DNA from: Deltaproteobacteria bacterium
Lineage (GTDB): Bacteria; Desulfobacterota; Desulfobacteria; Desulfobacterales; UBA11574
DNA: 62,148 nt
Assembly (NCBI GenBank): GCA_019308685.1
Contig: JAFDHQ010000024.1
Location: 1 to 62,148 of the forward strand
Reading direction: 5' to 3'
Position numbers and translations under genes: made by a program. Below the pieces are notes generated by a model that saw nothing but the letters and a program-made list of their open reading frames with translations, made no database searches and was not told the origin of the DNA. Below are positions 17,903-27,059 of the stretch, piece by piece. Every line of letters begins with the position of its first letter. The first letter of the stretch is position 1.

Positions 17903-18163
17903 TTACTGTGGTTCAGGATGGTCTGGCAGGTAGATTTTAAATCCGCCGTTAAAAAGCATTGGTTTTAAACAGTTTGTTTTAACGCATTTAAAATCTTTAT
18001 CTGAAGAACAATTTAGATTCTGCAGAATAGTTGAAGATTTTCGGCATACATTGACAAGTTCTCTATAACCAATATTTTTCCTAAAATATTTTTTCAATGT
18101 AATTTCCTTAATAAAAAAAGGGATTAAAGAAAAAATTGTTAAAATACAATAAAATCTATGCAT
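17903..18163 (-). CDS. doubtful small Cys-containing ORF with one N-terminal hydrophobic helix
   Basis: The only ORF of 60 aa or more inside the AT-rich island. It has no recognisable RBS and a very AT-rich composition, so it may be non-coding. Confidence 0.2.
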   Translation of the reverse strand: MHRFYCILTIFSLIPFFIKEITLKKYFRKNIGYRELVNVCRKSSTILQNLNCSSDKDFKCVKTNCLKPMLFNGGFKIYLPDHPEPQ

Positions 18164-18532
18164 TATAGAGAATATATGTTGGATTAGTTATACAAATAAT
18201 CATATTTTTCGATCTGTCAAGGTTGTAAATGTTTGATAATAAGTTGGAGTTTCATTGGAACTTATAAGATACGCTATTATTATTTTTAATTTTAAATTCT
18301 TCTGCAAGTGTGCCACCAGCGCACTTTAAAAAGATGTATGCGTAACTGCAAAAGAGATGAGGGTGGGGCCCCTCCTCGTAGCCAGCTGACGGGAGCAGCC
18401 TTCAAAACACCTCAAGCTGCATAGGCATGGGGGCTTTGTGGTGAGCGTTGAGAAAAAGGAATGGTAAAATTCTGTATCATGTGTGTTGGTGTTAAAGCTG
18501 ATAATCTGACCATAGATCTTAGAGAAAACATA

Positions 18533-18590
18533 TTTTGCTCGCTTAAGTGGTGCAGTGGCGTTGTATAAAATCGCGAAACGATTTTATAAC
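18533..18590 (+). repeat. intergenic hairpin repeat family 4, copy 2
   Basis: It aligns with 5676-5732 and contains the hairpin ataaaatcg-cgaaa-cgattttat (18565-18587). It is followed by TTGACA at 18590-18595. Confidence 0.6.
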
Positions 18591-18642
18591 TTGACACCCG
18601 TATAAAATAAAAATACAAAACATCTATTTTTTTGGCTGAGGG

Positions 18643-19359
18643 ATGTTGATCGGATTTAACAAAGTGGAACATATTAAAGGGATTGTGATAATTGTAGGCA
18701 ACTTCGGCAGTGGAAAGACCGAAGTCGCCGTAAATCTAGCAGTTAATCGGAAGCGCTCGGGCATAGACGTTCGGATAGCGGATCTTGATCTTGTTAACCC
18801 GTATTTTAGAACCCGGGAAGCAAGGGAACCTCTTGCTGAATTGGGTATTGATGTGGTTCTACCCCCGGAAAAATATCTGCAGGCCGATCTGCCTATTTTA
18901 AGCCCTGCCATAGCCGGTTTAATCCGACGGCCGAGCCAACTGACATTGATAGACGCAGGAGGAGATGATGTAGGCGCCACTGTCCTCTCCAGCCTCGCAG
19001 ATCCATTTCGTAAAAAGCGTGTGCATATGCTCCAAGTTGTGAATCCGTATCGTCCCTTTACGGATACGGTGACCGGGTGTTTGAAAATGCGCGATCAGAT
19101 CGAAAAAGCTTCCAAGATAACCATAACCGGTATCCTTGGCAATGCAAACCTGATTGATGAAACCACCGTTGAGCATATATATAAAGGATATGATTTTGTT
19201 AAAGAAGTGTCTGACCAAAGCGGGTTGCCCCTTGAGTTTATCACGGCATCGGTAGAACTGTTGCCTCAAATAGATGTTGAGCGTTTTTCTTGCCCGGTTT
19301 TGCCTATTGAAAGACAACTGGTTCCGCCGTGGAAAAAGGCGGTACGGTTGAAAAAATAA
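18643..19359 (+). CDS. P-loop NTPase of unknown role (SIMIBI/MinD-GPN-like)
   Basis: Walker [10 protein letters not shown], then [10 protein letters not shown] and LIDAGGDD motifs. It lies immediately upstream of, and co-oriented with, the oxidoreductase genes. The start codon is uncertain. Confidence 0.55.
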   Translation: MLIGFNKVEHIKGIVIIVGNFGSGKTEVAVNLAVNRKRSGIDVRIADLDLVNPYFRTREAREPLAELGIDVVLPPEKYLQADLPILSPAIAGLIRRPSQLTLIDAGGDDVGATVLSSLADPFRKKRVHMLQVVNPYRPFTDTVTGCLKMRDQIEKASKITITGILGNANLIDETTVEHIYKGYDFVKEVSDQSGLPLEFITASVELLPQIDVERFSCPVLPIERQLVPPWKKAVRLKK

Positions 19360-19412
19360 TTTGTTGGAAAGCTTTTTGCGAGACCATCATAATGAAAGAG
19401 GAGTCAGAATTT

Positions 19413-19640
19413 ATGGCATATAAACATACTATTGATAATGACCTATGCAAAGGATGCGGACTATGTGTCAGCGTATGCCCAAAAAATGTTCTGGAAATTT
19501 CCAATCAAGTCAACAATTTGGGTTATTTTCCTGCGTATCAGGCATGCCCTGAAGACTGCATCTTCTGTACAACATGCTGCATCATGTGCCCTGATGTAGC
19601 CATAAGTATAACCAAAGTTGTTGGAGAGAAAGCAGATTAA
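19413..19640 (+). CDS. oorD: 2-oxoacid:ferredoxin oxidoreductase delta subunit (2x[4Fe-4S] ferredoxin)
   Basis: Two CxxCxxCxxxCP motifs ([12 protein letters not shown] and [12 protein letters not shown]). AGAGGAG RBS upstream of the ATG at 19413. Confidence 0.8.
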   Translation: MAYKHTIDNDLCKGCGLCVSVCPKNVLEISNQVNNLGYFPAYQACPEDCIFCTTCCIMCPDVAISITKVVGEKAD

Positions 19641-19659
19641 AAATAAACGGAGGAAAAAC

Positions 19660-20727
19660 ATGGGCAAAATATTAATGAAGGGAAATGAAGCGATCGGAGA
19701 GGCCGCAATCAGGGCTGGATGTCTTAATTACTTTGCCTATCCGATTACCCCTCAATCTGAAGTTGCGGAATACCTTTCCCGCCGCATGCCGGAAGTGGGC
19801 GGTGTATTTCTACAGGGCGAAAGCGAAATCGCCGTGGGGAACATGCTGTTCGGTGCTGCGGGATGCGGCGCCCGGGTTTTTACCACGTCATCGAGCCCGG
19901 GTATAAGCCTGATGAGTGAAGCCATCAGTTATATCTCATCTGCCCAGTGCCCAGTTGTTTTTGTCAACATTGTCCGCGGCGGTCCCGGACTGGGTGGGAT
20001 TCTTCCTTCCCAGGCAGATTATTTCCAGGCTACAAAAGGAGGAGGGCATGGGGATTACCGGTTGCTTGTCATGGCGCCGGCAAGTGTCCAGGAAGCTGTT
20101 GAGATGGTAATGAAGGCTTTTCCTCTGGCGGAAAAATATCGAAACCCTGTGATGATTTTAGGTGACGGTCTGATCGGGCAGATGATGGAACCGATTGAAT
20201 TTCCGGAGCACCTCAGGACCGAGCCGAGCAATAAGGATGACTGGGCGACAAACGGTATGGATACTCGAAACAGCAGCAAGCCGAATCTGGTCAAATCTTT
20301 ATTTTTGAATGCGGAACTGTTGGAAGAACATAATGTCGTCTTAAAAGCAAAGTATGACCGCATGAAACAAGAAGAAGTACGATACGAATCTTATAACGTG
20401 GACACGGATTACCAAGCGCTTATCGTCAGCTTTGGTACCATGAGCAGAGTTTGCAGAACCGTTATCGATAATTTAAAAGCCCAAGGTTTTGAGACGGCCA
20501 TGATAAGACCCCAGACCCTATTCCCCTTTCCCGAAGCGCCGATAAAGAAGGCCGCTTCAAAAGAAAGCTGTCAGGTGGTATTAAGTATCGAATTGAACAT
20601 GGGACAGATGGTTGAAGATGTGGATCGAAGTGTTCAAGGGAAGTGTCCGGTTCACTGTTATGGGAAAGCTGGTGGTGATGTGCCCACGCCGGAAGAAGTC
20701 ATCGATGTAATTAAATCTTTTTTTTAA
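19660..20727 (+). CDS. oorA: 2-oxoacid:ferredoxin oxidoreductase alpha subunit
   Basis: MKGNEAIGEAAIRAGCLNYFAYPITPQSE is a typical alpha-subunit N-terminus. GGAGGA RBS before the ATG at 19660. Confidence 0.85.
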   Translation: MGKILMKGNEAIGEAAIRAGCLNYFAYPITPQSEVAEYLSRRMPEVGGVFLQGESEIAVGNMLFGAAGCGARVFTTSSSPGISLMSEAISYISSAQCPVVFVNIVRGGPGLGGILPSQADYFQATKGGGHGDYRLLVMAPASVQEAVEMVMKAFPLAEKYRNPVMILGDGLIGQMMEPIEFPEHLRTEPSNKDDWATNGMDTRNSSKPNLVKSLFLNAELLEEHNVVLKAKYDRMKQEEVRYESYNVDTDYQALIVSFGTMSRVCRTVIDNLKAQGFETAMIRPQTLFPFPEAPIKKAASKESCQVVLSIELNMGQMVEDVDRSVQGKCPVHCYGKAGGDVPTPEEVIDVIKSFF

Positions 20728-20788
20728 AGTGTAATGTAGGATGTGAGATCTAGAGTCTTCATTTAACTATCGCATGAGGAGCAGATAT

Positions 20789-21541
20789 ATGGCAAAGACA
20801 TTTAAGAAACCCGAAGCCCTGTCCGATCAGCCGACTCATTACTGCCCGGGTTGTACACACGGTATTATTCACCGTCTGGTGGCCGAAGTTATCGATGAAC
20901 TGGGGATCAGGGGTCGGACGGTGGGTATCGCTCCGGTGGGGTGTGCGGTTTTGGCCTATAATTATTTTACCTTCGATTTTCAGGAGGCAGCTCATGGACG
21001 GGCGCCGGCAATGGCCACGGGAATAAAACGGGTTCGGCCTGACCTGATCGTTTTTACCTATCAGGGTGATGGTGATCTGGCAAGTATCGGAATGGGAGAA
21101 ATTATACATGCCGCCAACCGGGGAGAAAAGTTTACGACAATCTTTGTTAACAACACGGTTTATGGAATGACCGGAGGCCAGATGGCGCCGACAACATTGC
21201 AGGGGCAGCGAACCACGACCTCTCCGGCGGGACGCAATGTTGAAGAGGTGGGCATGCCGGTTAAAATAGCCGAACTCATATCTGCTTTAGAGACTCCTGC
21301 ATATGTTACGAGACAGACCGTACTGAAGCCAAAGTACGTTGTCAGGGCCAAGAAAGCCATCAAAAAAGCCTTCCAGTATCAAGTGGAGGGCCGATGTTTC
21401 AGCCTGGTGGAGATCGTAAGCACATGCCCGACCAATTGGGGGCTAACTCCGGTGGAGGCCATAAAGTGGGTCGAGGACAACATGCTTCCCTATTTTAAGC
21501 TGGGCGAATACAAAACACCCGATGAGGTTGAGGAGGACTGA
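20789..21541 (+). CDS. oorB: 2-oxoacid:ferredoxin oxidoreductase beta subunit (TPP-binding)
   Basis: HYCPGCTHG cluster motif and the TPP-binding GDGD...NN segment. GAGGAG RBS before the ATG at 20789. Confidence 0.9.
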   Translation: MAKTFKKPEALSDQPTHYCPGCTHGIIHRLVAEVIDELGIRGRTVGIAPVGCAVLAYNYFTFDFQEAAHGRAPAMATGIKRVRPDLIVFTYQGDGDLASIGMGEIIHAANRGEKFTTIFVNNTVYGMTGGQMAPTTLQGQRTTTSPAGRNVEEVGMPVKIAELISALETPAYVTRQTVLKPKYVVRAKKAIKKAFQYQVEGRCFSLVEIVSTCPTNWGLTPVEAIKWVEDNMLPYFKLGEYKTPDEVEED

Positions 21542-22081
21542 ATGCAACGTGAAGTGATGTTTGCCGGTTTTGGGGGTCAGGGCATTCTGTTGATCGGAAA
21601 TATTTTAGCACATACTGCAATGGAAGAAGGTTACGAGGTGGCATGGGTTCCTTCTTATGGCCCGGAGATGCGTGGGGGAACCGCATATTGTCTGGTGGTT
21701 ATCAGTGACAGGCCTATAGGTTCTCCGATTATAAGAAACCCTATGCATCTGGTGGCCATGAATCATCCTTCTTTGGAAAAATTTGCACCCATGGTAAAAC
21801 CAAAAGGTGTTGTCGTTATCAATAGTTCATTAATCCACATTGGCTCGGACCGCGATGATGTTGACGAACTTCTGGTTCCGGCCAATGATATTGCAAAAGA
21901 CCTGGGGAGCATAAAGGTGGCCAATATTGTGGCACTTGGCGCTTTTGTCGCTCGCAGCAAAATTGCCGATTTTGAATTAATACGACAGTGCGTTAAAGAA
22001 CAATTTTCTTCAAAAGAAAAGCTTATACCGATAAATATGGCGGCTCTTGAAGAGGGCAAAAAAGTTGCTCAATTGAAGTGA
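21542..22081 (+). CDS. oorC: 2-oxoacid:ferredoxin oxidoreductase gamma subunit
   Basis: [17 protein letters not shown] is a typical gamma-subunit N-terminus. AGGAGG RBS. The gene order D-A-B-C matches OorDABC-type enzymes, but the substrate cannot be determined from sequence alone. Confidence 0.85.
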   Translation: MQREVMFAGFGGQGILLIGNILAHTAMEEGYEVAWVPSYGPEMRGGTAYCLVVISDRPIGSPIIRNPMHLVAMNHPSLEKFAPMVKPKGVVVINSSLIHIGSDRDDVDELLVPANDIAKDLGSIKVANIVALGAFVARSKIADFELIRQCVKEQFSSKEKLIPINMAALEEGKKVAQLK

Positions 22082-22104
22082 ATTTCAAAACCCGTAACCT
22101 AAAT

Positions 22105-23193
22105 ATGAAGTTATCTATCCCCGATTATATTTTATCAATAAAACCATATACTCCCGGAAAACCTCTAGAAGAACTTGAAAGGGAATATGGTATCGTTGAT
22201 TCCATAAAACTCGCCTCTAATGAGAATCCTCTGGGCCCGTCTCCCCTGGCGGTTAAGGCCATCAAAAACGCTATTGGAAAACTGAACCGGTATCCTGACG
22301 GAAGCGGTCATGATTGTATTCAAAAAATTTCTGAACATCTGGGGGTATCCCCAAAAAACGTTATTTTAGGAAACGGTTCCGATGAAATTATAGGTATGCT
22401 TGCCTGCGGACTGCTTCAGCCGGGTGATGAAGCCATTCTTCCGCATCCTTCTTTTCTAATGTATGAAATAACGGTTCGTAGCGCCGGTGCAACACCGGTG
22501 TTTGTTCCCTTAAAGTCGCTTTCAATCGATCTGGAAGGAATAAAAGAAGAGATTACATCAAGAACCCGCATGGTTTTCCTGTGCAATCCCAACAATCCTA
22601 CCGGAACGGTAATTTTAAAGAAAGATTTTGAAAATTTTCTGAAAAAGATTCCACCGGAAGTGATTGTGGTGGTGGATGAGGCGTATATTGAATTTGTTCG
22701 TGATCAAAAGTGTGCGAAAAGCATTGAGTATCTTGATAACGTCAGACCTTTGGTTACGCTTCGAACCTTTTCCAAAGTTTATGGTCTGGCCGGGCTTCGT
22801 ATCGGATACGGCGTTATGCCGGAAGAGATAGCCAATCTGTTGAACAGGATCAGACTGCCGTTCAATACCAATTCCCTGGCTCAGGCCGGCGCCTGCGCAG
22901 CACTTGAAGACACTGCTTTTTTTGAAAAGGTTATTACGCTCATACATCAAGGTCTTGATTTCTTATATGATTCTCTGAACCGGCTGGGAATAAAATATTT
23001 TCCAACACAAACGAATTTTATCCTGATAGACGTTTGTAAAGATGCCGATGACATTTATGAAAAAATGCTCAGAAAAGGGGTTATTGTCAGGTCAATGAGA
23101 TCGTATGGTTATCCTAATTATATCAGGATCAATGCCGGACTTCATGAAGAGAATGTGACGTTTATCAAAGCTTTCGAGAAATGCCTAAAATGA
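22105..23193 (+). CDS. hisC: histidinol-phosphate aminotransferase
   Basis: IKPYTPGKP...LASNENPLGPSP and the PLP-lysine region RTFSKVYGLAGLRIGY. An alternative GTG start at 22078 overlaps the oorC stop. Confidence 0.85.
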   Translation: MKLSIPDYILSIKPYTPGKPLEELEREYGIVDSIKLASNENPLGPSPLAVKAIKNAIGKLNRYPDGSGHDCIQKISEHLGVSPKNVILGNGSDEIIGMLACGLLQPGDEAILPHPSFLMYEITVRSAGATPVFVPLKSLSIDLEGIKEEITSRTRMVFLCNPNNPTGTVILKKDFENFLKKIPPEVIVVVDEAYIEFVRDQKCAKSIEYLDNVRPLVTLRTFSKVYGLAGLRIGYGVMPEEIANLLNRIRLPFNTNSLAQAGACAALEDTAFFEKVITLIHQGLDFLYDSLNRLGIKYFPTQTNFILIDVCKDADDIYEKMLRKGVIVRSMRSYGYPNYIRINAGLHEENVTFIKAFEKCLK

Positions 23194-23207
23194 AATGAGT
23201 CGATACA

Positions 23208-23885
23208 TTGAAGCGTCTTATTATCACCATCGATGGTCCGTCGGGGGCGGGCAAGACAACGGTAAGCAGGATGCTGGCGGACCGTTTGGGGTACAAGTAT
23301 ATTGATACCGGTGCGCTATACAGAGGTGTGGCCCTGGAGGCGATATCCGCGGGCCTAAATCCCGATGACGATACCGGTCTTGAAAATATTTTAAGTTCCC
23401 TGAAAATGAAATTTGTTTGCGGAGAAAAAGAGATGCGGCTGATATCAAATGATTTGGATATCACGGATAAAATCCGGACGCCTGAAATATCCATGTTTGC
23501 CTCGGCGGCTTCTGCACGACCGGTGGTGAGAAAATTTCTTTTGGAATTGCAGAGAGAACTGGGCAGGGACAAAGGCGTTGTGTTTGAGGGACGTGACATG
23601 GGTACCGTGGTGTTCCCTGATGCGGACGTGAAGTTTTATCTGGATGCATCGCACAAAACCCGGTCGCTAAGACGATACCGAGAATTTAAATCGGAAACCT
23701 CTCAAACATTAGAGGAAGTGGAAAAAGATATTAAACGCCGGGATAAAAATGACAGCGCCAGGGAGTTAGCGCCCCTAAAGGCCTCGGAAGATGCTGTTAT
23801 AATAGATTCCACCCATCTTTCCGCCCAGGATGTTGTTGACCGGATGATGAATGTTATTGAGGATAAAAAAATTATTGTTTTTTAA
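23208..23885 (+). CDS. cmk: cytidylate kinase
   Basis: ITIDGPSGAGKTT P-loop followed by YIDTGALYR. TTG start. Classic cmk-rpsA linkage. Confidence 0.9.
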   Translation: MKRLIITIDGPSGAGKTTVSRMLADRLGYKYIDTGALYRGVALEAISAGLNPDDDTGLENILSSLKMKFVCGEKEMRLISNDLDITDKIRTPEISMFASAASARPVVRKFLLELQRELGRDKGVVFEGRDMGTVVFPDADVKFYLDASHKTRSLRRYREFKSETSQTLEEVEKDIKRRDKNDSARELAPLKASEDAVIIDSTHLSAQDVVDRMMNVIEDKKIIVF

Positions 23886-23967
23886 TAACTATTCTGATAT
23901 CAATATCGGTTATGCTATATTTTACAGGTTATAGTAAAATAAATTGGACTAGGGGGTATTTTGTTTA

Positions 23968-26085
23968 ATGGAAAATTTTGAAAAAAACGACTCAACCAAA
24001 GATTCAAGTTTAAACGCTTTGTCAGATGAGACCGAAAGTAAACAGTCGGATGAAGCGGGTATTGAGGAAAAAGAAGTACTGAAAACCGATACGTCTGTTG
24101 AAGATGTATTGTCCGATGATGTGCAAAATGAGAATGACGGTTCTGTGGAAGTCCGGGAAACGGATGAAGCGCCGGAGGAAGTTCGAGAAACGGATGAAAC
24201 GCCGGAGGAAGTTCGAGAAACGGATGAAGCGCCGGAGGAAGTTCGAGAAACAGATGAGATCCCCGTGGAAGTTCAGGGAACAGATGAGACCCCGGTGGAA
24301 GTTCAGGAAACAGATGACCGGTCAGAATCTGTTCAGAAATCGAGTGAAGCATCAGAGCTTATTCAAGAACCGAGTGTCAGCCCGGAAAAAGGTCAAAAGC
24401 CTGCCGACGACATGGAAAGTTTGATGGATATGTACGAAGAAAGCTTCAAGCGTTTTGCTGAAGGAGCGGTGGTTACCGGCCGGATAATTTCGGTTGATAA
24501 GGATCATGTGTTGGTTGACATCGGATATAAATCAGAAGGACAGATACGTACTCAAGAATTCATGGATGAAGATGGAAATTTAGACGCCAAAGTCGGTGAT
24601 CCGGTTGATGTGATGGTAGAATGGTGGGACGACGAAGAAGAACGTGTCGTTCTTTCCAAAGAAAAGGCAGCCAAGGTCAAGGTATGGGAAGAGATTAAAA
24701 AAGCTTACGATGAAGAGAAAACGGTGGAGGGCGTAATTATCAATCGTGTTAAAGGCGGCTTTTCCGTGGATATCGGTGTCCAGGCCTTTTTACCCGGTTC
24801 ACAGGCAGATTTGCGACCCATCCGCAAACTTGATGAGATGGTTGGGAAAACATTTACTTTCAAGATCCTAAAATATAACCGAAAACGGAGCAATATCGTT
24901 TTATCAAGAAGGGCTATTCTTGAAGAGGAGCGCAGAGCTAACCGAGCTTCAACATTAGCTTCCATCCACGATGGTAAAGTTGTTGAGGGTGTCATAAAGA
25001 ATATCACGGAGTATGGTGTATTTGTTGATCTTGGCGGCGTGGACGGTCTGCTACATATTACGGATATTTCATGGGGACGAGTGAAACACCCTTCGGAACT
25101 CTTTTCAGTCGGTGATAAAATCACCGTAAAGGTCCTTAATCTTGACCTTGAAAAGGAGAGAGTGTCATTGGGCAAGAAACAACTTACCACGGACCCATGG
25201 ATAACCGCTGCAGAAAAGTATCCTGTAGGTTCCCGTATTATTGGAAAGGTGGTCAGCCTGACGGATTACGGCGCATTTGTTGAATTGGAAGAAGGTATTG
25301 AAGGGCTCATTCACGTTTCTGAAATGTCGTGGACCCGAAAGATTCGTCATCCTTCCAAAGTGGTTTCTGCGGGTGAGGAAGTTGAGGCTGTAGTGCTTGA
25401 CATCAGGCCTGAAAACAGACGGATTTCTCTTGGCATGAAGCAGGTTGTGCCGAATCCGTGGGACGTCATTAGTGAAAAGTATCCTGTAGGTACAACTATT
25501 GAAGGAAAAATCAAGAACATTACCGACTTCGGTCTTTTTATCGGTATCGGTGAAGGAATCGACGGCCTTGTTCATATTTCCGATCTTTCCTGGACAAAAC
25601 GGATAAAACATCCATCGGAGTTATATAAGAAAAATGATGTGATTCAGGCCATCGTTCTTGATATTGAGAAAGAACAGGAACGGTTTTCTCTCGGGGTAAA
25701 ACAGTTGCAGACGGACCCATGGAAAACTGTGGGCGAACGGTATGAAGTGGGGAAAGAGATAACCGGTACGGTGACGAACCTTACAGATTTCGGGGTGTTT
25801 GTGGAGCTCGAAGAAGGTATAGAAGGGCTTGTTCATGTGTCTGAAATCAGTAAGGAAAAGGTGAAAACCCCCGTCGGCAAATTTAACATTGGCGATGTCA
25901 TCACCGCCAAAGTTATGAATATCAACGGCGTGGAAAGACGGATCGGCCTTTCGATCAAGCGGCTTGAAATTGAGGACGAGCAGAGCTTGCTGACCGAGTA
26001 TGTCAATAACGTGGGCCCCGCCACGTCAACCTTCGGAGAAATTTTACGTGAAAACCTTCAGGAAAAGATGAACGATGATAGTTAA
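23968..26085 (+). CDS. rpsA: 30S ribosomal protein S1 with an extended acidic N-terminal region of about 150 aa
   Basis: Six S1 (OB) repeats with recurring G.V...T.YG.FV.L..G..GL.H.S motifs. At 705 aa it is longer than the usual S1, because of the N-terminal repeat region. Confidence 0.9.
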   Translation: MENFEKNDSTKDSSLNALSDETESKQSDEAGIEEKEVLKTDTSVEDVLSDDVQNENDGSVEVRETDEAPEEVRETDETPEEVRETDEAPEEVRETDEIPVEVQGTDETPVEVQETDDRSESVQKSSEASELIQEPSVSPEKGQKPADDMESLMDMYEESFKRFAEGAVVTGRIISVDKDHVLVDIGYKSEGQIRTQEFMDEDGNLDAKVGDPVDVMVEWWDDEEERVVLSKEKAAKVKVWEEIKKAYDEEKTVEGVIINRVKGGFSVDIGVQAFLPGSQADLRPIRKLDEMVGKTFTFKILKYNRKRSNIVLSRRAILEEERRANRASTLASIHDGKVVEGVIKNITEYGVFVDLGGVDGLLHITDISWGRVKHPSELFSVGDKITVKVLNLDLEKERVSLGKKQLTTDPWITAAEKYPVGSRIIGKVVSLTDYGAFVELEEGIEGLIHVSEMSWTRKIRHPSKVVSAGEEVEAVVLDIRPENRRISLGMKQVVPNPWDVISEKYPVGTTIEGKIKNITDFGLFIGIGEGIDGLVHISDLSWTKRIKHPSELYKKNDVIQAIVLDIEKEQERFSLGVKQLQTDPWKTVGERYEVGKEITGTVTNLTDFGVFVELEEGIEGLVHVSEISKEKVKTPVGKFNIGDVITAKVMNINGVERRIGLSIKRLEIEDEQSLLTEYVNNVGPATSTFGEILRENLQEKMNDDS
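24151..24360 (+). repeat. in-frame 30-bp tandem repeat (about 7 units) inside rpsA
   Basis: Units begin at 24151, 24181, 24211, 24241, 24271, 24301 and 24331. They follow gt(t/c)c(g/a)(a/g)gaaac(g/a)gatga(a/g)(a/g)cgccggaggaa and encode VRETDEAPEE-type decapeptides that decay toward the 3' end. Confidence 0.9.
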
Positions 26086-26112
26086 CGGTTAACCATTGAT
26101 CCACAGAAACCC

Positions 26113-27012
26113 ATGTTTTCTCGCAGGCATCCATATCTTTTTTTTATCCTGACCTTTTCATCTGTTGTTGCGACAGCAATGATAGTGATGACGTTTCTGA
26201 TTGTCCTTGGCACAAGGGATGCTGAATTTGAATTTGGAGAGAAAGTCGGAATCATAGAGATCAAAGGTGTCATTATAGATTCTAAAAAAGCACTTCAAAG
26301 CCTAAAGCGCTTCCGGGAGGACAACTCTATCAAAGCGATCGTGATCCGTATCGATTCTCCGGGGGGTGCCGTTGGTCCTTCACAGGAAATTTTCAGGGAG
26401 ATCAGAAAGACTTCAAAATCAAAGAAAGTTGTGGCTTCCATGGGTTCAATTGCAGCTTCCGGAGGATATTATATTGCTGCAGGGACAGACGGAATTGTTG
26501 CCAATCCAGGGACGATAACAGGCAGTATTGGTGTTATCATGGGGTTTGCGAATTATCAGGAGTTGCTCAGTAAAATCGGATTGGTTCCCATTGTGATCAA
26601 AAGTGGCGAATACAAGGATATGGGATCTCCGGTTCGAAAGATGAAGCCCGAAGAAAAGAAAATCCTTAAGGATTTTGCGAGAAAAGTTCACCGGCAATTT
26701 ATTCAAGATATTGTTGAAGGCAGGAAGATGGATAAGGCCAAGGTGAAATCGCTTGCTGATGGACGTATCTTTACCGGAGAAGAATCAAAACAACTGGGTC
26801 TGGTAGACCGGATCGGAAATTTGGAAGATGCCGTTGAATGGGCCGGCCGTCTGGGTGGTATTAAAGGAAAAATTTCTACGGTTTATGCCCGGGAGAAAAA
26901 ATTTTCACTTATAAATTACATTACGGACTCATCTGCTAAAGCACTATTCAATCGAATCACAGATCCATCTTTGTCCGCAGATTATCTATATCTGCCGGAA
27001 AAAGGCCTTTAA
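26113..27012 (+). CDS. sppA: signal peptide peptidase SppA (36K type)
   Basis: N-terminal TM helix and the ClpP/crotonase-like segments IRIDSPGG and GSIAASGGYYIA. Confidence 0.85.
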   Translation: MFSRRHPYLFFILTFSSVVATAMIVMTFLIVLGTRDAEFEFGEKVGIIEIKGVIIDSKKALQSLKRFREDNSIKAIVIRIDSPGGAVGPSQEIFREIRKTSKSKKVVASMGSIAASGGYYIAAGTDGIVANPGTITGSIGVIMGFANYQELLSKIGLVPIVIKSGEYKDMGSPVRKMKPEEKKILKDFARKVHRQFIQDIVEGRKMDKAKVKSLADGRIFTGEESKQLGLVDRIGNLEDAVEWAGRLGGIKGKISTVYAREKKFSLINYITDSSAKALFNRITDPSLSADYLYLPEKGL

Positions 27013-27059
27013 CCCCGAACCCCTGAACCCCCAAGACTTGCTTCAGGAACTCTCATTTA

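Noticed and set aside
18355-18450. Possible SRP (4.5S) RNA gene. The plus strand contains GGGAGCAGCC, which resembles the conserved GGAAGCAGCC. The minus strand contains AGCUGGCUACGAGGAGGGGCCCCACCC, which resembles the E. coli 4.5S 3' end.
   Set aside because: The two resemblances lie on opposite strands. On the plus strand there is no distal 3-4-bp stem plus GNRA tetraloop placed as in helix 8, and the 5' and 3' ends are both G-rich, so they cannot form the closing helix of 4.5S RNA. I keep it only as an unexplained GC-rich hairpin.
23915-24424. Repetitive ORFs 24098..24424 (+, KRMKRRRKFE repeats) and 23915..24352 (-, LELPPALHPF repeats).
   Set aside because: They are alternative-frame read-outs of the 30-bp tandem repeat inside rpsA. 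Any tandem repeat whose length is a multiple of 3 stays open in several frames.
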